From the NCBI GenBank assembly GCA_039028615.1, contig JBCCHT010000001.1, forward strand, positions 640,001 through 704,000: a stretch of 64,000 nucleotides of DNA, written 5' to 3'. A program made the translations under genes and the position numbers. Below are positions 27,901-34,486 of this stretch, one piece after another; the stretch's first letter is position 1, and each line of letters begins with the position of its first letter. The notes beneath the pieces were generated by a model that was not told where the DNA came from, did not search any database, and was given only the letters and a program-made list of their open reading frames with translations. This DNA comes from Myxococcota bacterium. Lineage in GTDB: Bacteria; Myxococcota_A; Polyangia; Nannocystales; Nannocystaceae.

Positions 27901-30070
27901 TCGGGCGCGGTTGAGTCGAGCGGACCTGAGTGGGGCTGATCTGCGGGATACGGATCTGCGCGAGGCGGATCTGCGTCATGCGAATCTGCTCGGCGCTCGG
28001 ATGACGGGGGCGAAGCTCGCGGGGGCGCAGCTGGATCGGGCGAAGCTGATCGGGGCTACGCGTGGGCCGGATGGCCTCGCGGAGGCCTCGACGCCCGGTG
28101 CTGCGTTGCCGGGTGCGCGGTTGAGACCGTTCGTGGCCACCGCGATCCAGCGAATCAACGCACTCGCGATGTCACCAGTTGGGCCATGGCTCGCGGTGGC
28201 CGATGGGCTCCACGTGAGGCTGTGGGATACCGAGCAGCAGGAAGAAGTGCGTCGCTTCGCGCCTGGGCGTGCCGAGGTTACGGCGCTCGCATTCGGAGCC
28301 GACGGCACGTTGGTGGTTGGCACGCGGGCGGGCGAGGTCTCGCGATGGAACGTCGAGCAATGGTCGCTGCGACAGACCCATGCGCACAGCCAAGCCGTAC
28401 TCGAGGTCGGCCTCGCTCACGATGGTTCCATTCTGTCGCTCGACCGCTCGGGCAATCTGCATTGCCCGAGCGGAATCGTGGCTCAACCCGGCATCGTAGA
28501 TGTCACGGCAGTCGCGGTTCACCCGGACTCCGGGCGCATCGCGGTCGGGTTCAGCTCTGGTGTGCTCCGCGTGCAGTGGGAGCACGGCATTGGGACGATC
28601 ACCCAGTCGCCCGCTCCGACGGCCCTCGTCTGGTCCAAGAGTGGTGACGAACTGGCGTACACGGGTCTCGACGGACGCGCGGGACTTGCGACGCTCTCGA
28701 CGGGGCAGTTGAAACTCACCGGCGCTCTCGCTCTCGTGGAGCCGACTACGGTCCTTTCCTCTGCGGGTGATGATCGATGGCTGACGGGGTCGGGGAACGG
28801 CCTAGTACGACTGTGGGAAAGCGGCAGGCTCCGCGGGACCGTCGACCAACACCCGGGACCTATCACAGCGATCGCGTGTGATCACCACGGTCGAGTTTGG
28901 TCGTCCTCCCACGAGGCAGGGCTCTACTGCGTGGAACTTCCGAGCACAGCGAAGGCGAACCTCGATGGCCTCACGTCCATGCACATGGGTCCAGAGCCAC
29001 GAAGGGGAGTCCGAGCGCTCGCGGTTGCCACCAATGGCAGCCTCACCGTCGCCGTCGACGAGCGAATCGTGAGCGTCACCCCCTCGCAGCGCATCGTCAA
29101 CGACATCCTCGACTGTGCAAACGCAGACGAAATCATCCTGTCCCGCGATGGCCTCGGTGTCACGACCCTCCACGGACGACAGCTCACCCTCCATCGTTTC
29201 TTTCCCTTCGAAGGCCGAGAACCCGTCAGATTGCGCCACGAGCTGAACCACGTGCCCACATGCGTGGCGACGCTCGGACCCGGCTCGGCACAAATCCTGC
29301 TCGCCACCGAAGGCGACCGCGGCCAAATCCAGCAGCTACGCCTGCTCGAAGAGGGCGAAGACGTGCTCGAGCACCGGGGCACCGTCGGTCGCGTGACGGG
29401 GCTGGCCGGGTCACCCGACAGTCGATGGATCGCCGCGGCGTGCAGCGATCATGTGCTGCACGTGCTCTCACCGCTGTCCCGAGAAGCTCTCGCTCCCCCT
29501 CTACTGCTCTCCGGGCATCGGCAGGACATCAGCGCGCTGGAGCTATGCAACGACGATCTCGCTGCATCGGGGTCGCTCGATGGCATGGTGATCGTCTGGG
29601 ACCTGCTTGCGGGTCGAGCACGACAAAAGTGGACCATGGCGGAAGGGGCCAACGCGCTGGCCTTCGGACCCGAGGAGATGGTCGCTGCGGGCGGCTTCAA
29701 CGGCACCGTGCAGCTGTGGACTCTCGGCCGCGATGAACCCACGGCGAGCATCGTGGCCCACGAAGGGAGCATCACGTCACTGCTCTTCGTGTCCGCTTCA
29801 CGACTGGTGACCGGTTCGAGGGATGGCACGGCTCGGGTTTGGCAGCTTCCCCAGATCGAGCTGCTCGCCACGCTCGCCCCGCTGCCCGAGGGCTGGGTCG
29901 CGGTCACGCCCGACGGTCGCTACAAAACGGGCGGCCGAGTGACGGGCGATCTATGGCACGTCGCTGCGCAGTGCCGTTTCGAGGTCGGCGAACTCGACGA
30001 GGTCCTGCCCGAGCTACGACTCGGACCGACAGACCCACTGATCGAACCGATGGGTTCAGCCAAGGGCTAG
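24914..30070 (+). CDS. NLR-like STAND protein: calcineurin-like metallophosphoesterase + NACHT + pentapeptide repeats + WD40
   Basis: HMSDPQFG / VTGDL / VPGNHD / VHHN / LHGHTH phosphoesterase motifs; Walker A GTFGTGKT, Walker B LLFDGFDEL, NPRML, FSFIHESVMEW; ADLRGANL repeats; SGSLDGMVIVWD and TGSRDGTARVWQ. Confidence 0.9.
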   Translation: MMTVVTSTPRVHRSPRILLHMSDPQFGRHHRPATGGTAADRDHDTLCARLLQDLAGLEHEGQRVQPELVVVTGDLSEQARPSEFAAFETFAQGLLEGLSLPRERLIVVPGNHDVSWAGCEAHFKQCEAEELEPQAPYWPKWRGYTDLFSRLYGGPQARFEFNEGRPYSLFVYESLRTVVAGLNSTMLETHRDGDHFGYVGEDQLRWFSEQLRPFMQQGWLRIAAVHHNVQRNSVDDDENLRDEPMFKQLLGEQVNLVLHGHTHDGTMGWLDARVPILSTGSAAVEAVARPHGVPCQYQVLRIEEDRVRRWTRAYNAAHHRWQADVAASASGNEWVHDHAVAFVDLHGVFPPQSAEDEVEEPLRLDPRRAAGVRSHGSGDDYLEQLAKICRLQRGHGEVARRHKGPPFIEYLEVRRQHGEHVELVPITGRASGVDEQALDDFAQRIVPAYRSRDPGVRPIFVYGGPPTSESLVERARAAGVWLRSYEQYCGLIDFRRYRAALAQRLGRDQNYPSDKYVGQRMVEHIGIEQKRHEDALASVRRWLDDERGRFVLVLGTFGTGKTFLLRELARRLAAEDGAVVPILVEMRSLEKGLRLEQLLAQHFALHDVEDYSPARFMRMLEDGRVVLLFDGFDELVVRSTYARAAEHFETIVSAARGRAKVVVTSRRQHFLSDHQAKEAVRQMLMQKVELVPGHRVVTLLPFEDDQIQRFLAWHLGDEAAAQERMKLIAEVRDLSGLSTNPRMLGFIAALTETELRAARDQQGSVSAARLYESLLTRWLAFEHDRRHPRGAAPGLSVDTRWDAVTELAERMWTQGEHQVGVAELEQLGEVLTELAKGSRQEAGFQIGSGTLLVRDEEGRFSFIHESVMEWLVARAAAEALADDEAPPLLGRGKMSQLLADFLIDLAGAKTVEAWSDRALAANMGTATADNALLVRRRLEVAGLIAPQAVAGEVDLRRLELEGRDLSGQRLARAKLTGADLRGANLRRTVLTGALLDRARLSRADLSGADLRDTDLREADLRHANLLGARMTGAKLAGAQLDRAKLIGATRGPDGLAEASTPGAALPGARLRPFVATAIQRINALAMSPVGPWLAVADGLHVRLWDTEQQEEVRRFAPGRAEVTALAFGADGTLVVGTRAGEVSRWNVEQWSLRQTHAHSQAVLEVGLAHDGSILSLDRSGNLHCPSGIVAQPGIVDVTAVAVHPDSGRIAVGFSSGVLRVQWEHGIGTITQSPAPTALVWSKSGDELAYTGLDGRAGLATLSTGQLKLTGALALVEPTTVLSSAGDDRWLTGSGNGLVRLWESGRLRGTVDQHPGPITAIACDHHGRVWSSSHEAGLYCVELPSTAKANLDGLTSMHMGPEPRRGVRALAVATNGSLTVAVDERIVSVTPSQRIVNDILDCANADEIILSRDGLGVTTLHGRQLTLHRFFPFEGREPVRLRHELNHVPTCVATLGPGSAQILLATEGDRGQIQQLRLLEEGEDVLEHRGTVGRVTGLAGSPDSRWIAAACSDHVLHVLSPLSREALAPPLLLSGHRQDISALELCNDDLAASGSLDGMVIVWDLLAGRARQKWTMAEGANALAFGPEEMVAAGGFNGTVQLWTLGRDEPTASIVAHEGSITSLLFVSASRLVTGSRDGTARVWQLPQIELLATLAPLPEGWVAVTPDGRYKTGGRVTGDLWHVAAQCRFEVGELDEVLPELRLGPTDPLIEPMGSAKG

Positions 30071-30073
30071 CCG

Positions 30074-31336
30074 CTACGCACTGCGGCGCACTTGCGTGTT
30101 CCGCCCACCAGCCGCCGACCGATCGTACTCGTTGTCGTCGTACCAAAACTCCCAGTGCCCGGTGTCGATCCATCTCTCGAATCGGCGGGTAAAGTCGTCC
30201 CTCGATTCCACCGCCGTCTCGGCCCACGGATAGATCGGGCGGTCTCCCGAGGTCAGCGGAGGAATCGCAATCCCCCGCGCTTGCAACAACGCCAGCCCCA
30301 TCAGCTCCGAGACGGCCCCCTGCCCCCGATGCGTCACCGTCAGGTGATTGACATCATAGGTAATTTTCGCTGCACAACGAATCACCACCCGCCGGTCTTC
30401 AGTCGCCAGACCTCGCTTCAGGCAGGCGTCCAAGCCGACCATCGCCGATTCGTATTGCGCCCGGCTGTAGCGAATGTGCCGTACACGAAAGCAGCGGTAG
30501 TTACGAACGAATCGCGTCTCGGCATGAACATCGGGAAACACCTCGATTTTGTGTACATCCTTGCGATCGAGGTGCTCCTTCAAGACGTCGTTGTACCGAT
30601 CATAGCGTCCAGGCCCAGACAGCCGTTCACGCAGAGGGGTGCCGTACCAGCCCGTTTCGTTGTCGTTGACTCGTACCTTGGAGAAGTACGCTCCATCGGG
30701 TGACCCCTCGGCCAAGCTCGCTCGCCAGTGCGTCGAGGAGTTGAGGTAGGCCGAAAACGCAGGGGCACCGGGTACGTCGAGCGTCGGATCGACCTGCTCG
30801 GGAAATCGGTTCGGGACCTCGTCGTAGCCCGCCCGTAGCCGCTCGGCGAAATCATCCATCTGTAGCTCGATCTTCTCGATGAACCCGCCCGCGTAGGGAA
30901 TGGCAGGGTCGCCCACCAGCTCGTCGCGCCCTTTGAAGGGCCGGGAGCCCTCGTAGTTCTCTCCGGCAAGCGCTCGTGCCGGGGGCAACGGTCGCGGCTC
31001 GACCTCGAAGCTCGCGATTGCCACCCGCCCCCGACGCACCTGGCACCGTAGGCACAACGACTTCGCATGCTTCGGCGCTCGTAGCCATCTCGACTCTAGA
31101 TCGGAAGTGACGACGACGGTGTAGTCCCCGGGCTCGAGGTCGGCGAACCGGGCCGGACAACCGACCGCCGTGCTCGCGGTGTGGCCGGTCTCTTCGATCC
31201 TCACCTCGATGCCACCGACCTCGGCCTTGTCCGCGTCGTGCACACTCACGAGCAACGTGCCGCGAAACCAACCGCACGAGCGCATCGGCATCCCGACCTT
31301 CTTGGCTCCCTCGCCGGCTGCAGCCCACCACGGCAT
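30074..31336 (-). CDS. Putative secreted effector: N-terminal transthyretin/carboxypeptidase-like beta domain and C-terminal AvrB/Fido-like domain
   Basis: N-terminal LLVSVHD...ARFADLEPGDYTVVV; C-terminal NHLTVTHRGQGAVSEL...ARGIAIPP...DDFTRRF; visibly more AT-rich than flanks. Confidence 0.5.
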   Translation of the reverse strand: MPWWAAAGEGAKKVGMPMRSCGWFRGTLLVSVHDADKAEVGGIEVRIEETGHTASTAVGCPARFADLEPGDYTVVVTSDLESRWLRAPKHAKSLCLRCQVRRGRVAIASFEVEPRPLPPARALAGENYEGSRPFKGRDELVGDPAIPYAGGFIEKIELQMDDFAERLRAGYDEVPNRFPEQVDPTLDVPGAPAFSAYLNSSTHWRASLAEGSPDGAYFSKVRVNDNETGWYGTPLRERLSGPGRYDRYNDVLKEHLDRKDVHKIEVFPDVHAETRFVRNYRCFRVRHIRYSRAQYESAMVGLDACLKRGLATEDRRVVIRCAAKITYDVNHLTVTHRGQGAVSELMGLALLQARGIAIPPLTSGDRPIYPWAETAVESRDDFTRRFERWIDTGHWEFWYDDNEYDRSAAGGRNTQVRRSA

Positions 31337-31343
31337 CGCTCGA

Positions 31344-31712
31344 TCAGGCTCCCCAACCCCACGAAAGGCGCGACTGAAGGAGCTGTGTCTTCTCGGCCCC
31401 GCTCAGCTCGACCTGCTCCAGCAGGGTCCGCGCCCACTCGAACCCGGTCCGCAGCTCGAACCCCGAGCCACGCTCCACGCTCAACAACACGAACCCCGCC
31501 ACGTCGGTCTCGTCATCGATCCCGTAGCCGACCGCACGGTCGATCAAGCCGGATACGAGCCGGTGGAGTCTCCCCTGCTCTTCTCCACGCTCGCGCCGAT
31601 CCGTGCGCGACGGAGGATGGACACGAAGCACCTGCTGTACGACGTCGGCGGTGAAGCGCGCCCGATCGGCCGACGCGAGCGCAGCGAGCTGCTCGTCCCG
31701 GATCTGAAACAT
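31344..31712 (-). CDS. Small protein resembling T6SS DUF4123-associated adaptor/co-chaperone domain
   Basis: MFQIRDEQLAAL...F...IDRAVGYGIDDETDVAGFV...GSGFE...EWARTLL pattern; GGAGGT SD; 7 bp upstream of the effector-like gene. Confidence 0.5.
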   Translation of the reverse strand: MFQIRDEQLAALASADRARFTADVVQQVLRVHPPSRTDRRERGEEQGRLHRLVSGLIDRAVGYGIDDETDVAGFVLLSVERGSGFELRTGFEWARTLLEQVELSGAEKTQLLQSRLSWGWGA

Positions 31713-31919
31713 CAGCCGACCTCCGCCTCGGCACGCCCGGTGCTCCAGCCCGCGGCAGTCGTCCGCGCACCGTGAATGGATGAGATACGCCCACGACGAC
31801 GCGACCAGACCCACCGGACGTGAAGCGGCAGCGTTCGAGCGGTCTGCGGTCGGCCCACGTGGGAGGAAGTCACCGCCGCCGCCCGAAGTCATTCAGGAGG
31901 ACGGCGCCTTTTTTGTAGG

Positions 31920-32360
31920 CTATCCCTCGGTGGTCTCGTCTCCTTGGGTCGTCGATTCGCCGCTCTCGGTGTCTCCAGACTCACTGCCGCCGGTCCCCGA
32001 GGAGCCTCCGGTCCCCGAAGAACTCTCGGATGTCGCCCACCCCCCATCGGACGACGTCACCTCGTCATCACCGCCCTCGGTGGCCACCCCGGTGCTGTCG
32101 GGCGGTCCGGCATAGGTCGCGCCTTCTCCCCAGCTATCGGGATCGCTCGCGTTCCCCGAATTCGCCGAATCCACACTCGTGGTGAACATGTCATCGGTTC
32201 CGTCCCCGGTGCAGCCAGCCAAGCCGAGGCTCATGACCAATCCCAGCTCCACCTTCCACCGTGCGGGCGCGGCATGGGGGCGACGCAGCGTGGCTCCACA
32301 AAACGGGCACTCGGCATCCCGAGCAAACACATGACGATTGCACTCGTAGCAAGTCTTCAT
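31920..32360 (-). CDS. Small myxobacterial protein with N-terminal Zn ribbon, hydrophobic/lipobox segment and acidic tail
   Basis: CYECNRHV..DAECPFCG, LGLAGC, YAGPP motif, Ser/Gly/Glu tail. Confidence 0.7.
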   Translation of the reverse strand: MKTCYECNRHVFARDAECPFCGATLRRPHAAPARWKVELGLVMSLGLAGCTGDGTDDMFTTSVDSANSGNASDPDSWGEGATYAGPPDSTGVATEGGDDEVTSSDGGWATSESSSGTGGSSGTGGSESGDTESGESTTQGDETTEG

Positions 32361-32455
32361 TGAGAAAACCTCGTACGACCACGAGTGTCGACCGCCGTCG
32401 ATTCGATCGTTTTTCAGCGACCAGGCGTCGTGCGTATCACGGAAGTCGGCAAGCC

Positions 32456-33415
32456 TCAGGCCTGCGGCTCGGCGAAGACCTCTTCGAGCGTCGCCGCCGT
32501 CAGTACGCGCTCGACCCATCGGTCGAGTTGCTCGACGCCCGCCCCCTCGAGCCGCTGCTGCGTTGCCCTCGTCGGCGGACCGAACTTCAACTCGAGCAAA
32601 CGAAGCAACGTGCGTGCTTCACCTTCGATTCGGCCGCGAGCTTCGCCTTCGGCGCGGAGTTCGTCGAAGAAATCACGGGCCTCGCGTTCCACCTCGGGGT
32701 TCATCGTGCTCATGATCGTCTCCAACTCTCGTCGGTAGGCTCCACCAATATACTTCCAAAACGGTAGCAGCGCCTCGACGCCGCGCTCTAGACGCACCTC
32801 GACGAAGAGGCGGCTCAGTCGTTCTCCTCGTTCCCGACCCGACAGTCCTCGTGCCACCGCAACGAGCGCCGCACGGGAGGTCGCGTCGCAGTGGGCCCGC
32901 GCCTGCTCGAAGCGATCGAGCTGCGCCCGGTTCAGCTCGAGGACCTCCATTCGAAGATCGAGGTAGGGACCCTCTTCGATCGCGAGTGGCGGAGTAAGCT
33001 CGGAGAGCTGTCGCGCTTTGGTCCATCGGCCACCCGTGTAGAGCAACAGCGGGATCACGAACGGCAACCGATCGCGCATGACATCCCGCCGTTCTCGATA
33101 CTGCCGCAGCGCATTGCAGGCATACGACAGCTGCCGCAGCGGCATCATGGGATCTTCGGTCGTCTGGTTCTCCCACAGGCAGTACACCAGGGCCTCACCA
33201 CCCCCGCGAGCATCGATTTCGAACACGAGGTCGCTGAAGCTCGCCCTCAGGTCGGCATCGACATAGCTCCCGTTGATCAACCGCAAGGTAGACCAGTCCA
33301 GCCATTCGCCGACGTCTTCGGTCAAGGCGATGCGAAGCACGCCAGCGGCATGCTCGGGCTTGGACAGAATCTCCTTCAGGAACTGGTCGTGAGGCGGTCG
33401 CTTGGCCGACGCCAT
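32456..33415 (-). CDS. Rpn (YhgA-like/Transposase_31) recombination-promoting nuclease with DUF4351-like C-terminus
   Basis: PHDQFLK, SYVDADLRASFSDLVF, YCLWENQT..DPMMPLR, LPFVIPLLLYTG, EGEARGRIEGEAR..LLELKFG..TLEEVF. Confidence 0.9.
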   Translation of the reverse strand: MASAKRPPHDQFLKEILSKPEHAAGVLRIALTEDVGEWLDWSTLRLINGSYVDADLRASFSDLVFEIDARGGGEALVYCLWENQTTEDPMMPLRQLSYACNALRQYRERRDVMRDRLPFVIPLLLYTGGRWTKARQLSELTPPLAIEEGPYLDLRMEVLELNRAQLDRFEQARAHCDATSRAALVAVARGLSGRERGERLSRLFVEVRLERGVEALLPFWKYIGGAYRRELETIMSTMNPEVEREARDFFDELRAEGEARGRIEGEARTLLRLLELKFGPPTRATQQRLEGAGVEQLDRWVERVLTAATLEEVFAEPQA

Positions 33416-33550
33416 GGGTGACTCCCCGGCACGCAGGGTCTGCTCACCGAATAGCGTCGGCCGCGTCTGAGTTTGGACGCGATTTCGGGCAAGGAAGTGA
33501 ACTCGACGAGCACAGATCGAGACGAGCAGCCCGACCGTGCCGCGAGCCCG

Positions 33551-34486
33551 TCAACCGAGCTGCACGCCCGCGCCGATCTTGCGTCCGCTCGCCCACGCGC
33601 TGGCGGCCATGCGTCGCTTCCCGGCCGGCTGCACATCACCCAGGCAGACCACCCCGTCACCCGTCGCGACATGAACCCCCTGGCCATCGGCAGCAACCAC
33701 GACTCCGGCTCCCGCATCCCCGAGCGGCTGCTCGGACAAGGTCGCGCGAAACACCTTCAGCGGTTGTCCGCCATGACTCGTGAACGCATTCGGCCATGGA
33801 TCCATCCCCCGAATGTGATCCACCAGTTCCTGCGCCGACCGGCCCCAGTCCACGCGCCCTTCTTCCTTGCGGAGCATCGCGGCGTGGGTCATGCCCTCGC
33901 TCGACTGCGGCGTCGCAGCGGGCACATCGGGAAACTCGGCGAGCAGCTCGCCCAATGCCTTCGCCCCCAGCGGAGCCAAGCGCTCAAAGAGTTCACCGCT
34001 GGTCTCGTGCGATCCGATCTCCGTACGGTGCGTCCGAAACACGGGCCCGGTGTCGAGCCCCTCGTCCATCTGCATCAGCGCCACGGCCGTGTGCGAGTCG
34101 CCGGCCAGCACGGCCCGCTGGATCGGCGCCGCACCGCGCCACCGCGGAAGTTCGGAGGCATGCACGTTGATGCACCCGTGTCGCGGCACGGCCAAAATCT
34201 CGGGCGGCAAGATCCGCCCGAACGCCACGACGACGATCACGTCCAGATCCAGCGCCCGCAAGACCCCGGCCAGACGCCCGTCCTTCATCTTGGTGGGCTG
34301 GTCCAACGGCAGCCCCAGCTCGAGCGCCGCCCGCTTGACGGCGGGCGGGGTCAGCTTGCGTCCTCGCCCGGCGGGGCGATCCGGCTGACACACGACCAGC
34401 TGAAGGTCACAGTGCTCGTGCACGGCGTGAAGGCTGGGCACGGCGAAGTCGGGCGAGCCCATGAATGCGGCGCGAAGTCGGCTCAC
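33551..34486 (-). CDS. fmt: Methionyl-tRNA formyltransferase
   Basis: FMGSPDFAVPSL, QPDRPAGRG, VVAFGRILP, INVHASELPRWRGAAPIQRA, MDEGLDTGP. Confidence 0.96.
   Translation of the reverse strand: MSRLRAAFMGSPDFAVPSLHAVHEHCDLQLVVCQPDRPAGRGRKLTPPAVKRAALELGLPLDQPTKMKDGRLAGVLRALDLDVIVVVAFGRILPPEILAVPRHGCINVHASELPRWRGAAPIQRAVLAGDSHTAVALMQMDEGLDTGPVFRTHRTEIGSHETSGELFERLAPLGAKALGELLAEFPDVPAATPQSSEGMTHAAMLRKEEGRVDWGRSAQELVDHIRGMDPWPNAFTSHGGQPLKVFRATLSEQPLGDAGAGVVVAADGQGVHVATGDGVVCLGDVQPAGKRRMAASAWASGRKIGAGVQLG

Noticed and set aside
31874..31915. Imperfect hairpin followed by a T-run
   Set aside because: The stem is mismatched and the T-tract is on the strand opposite to the flanking genes, so a terminator call is not supportable.
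32456..33415. Rpn gene as an IS element
   Set aside because: No terminal inverted repeats or target duplications are visible, and Rpn/YhgA proteins are not established transposases.
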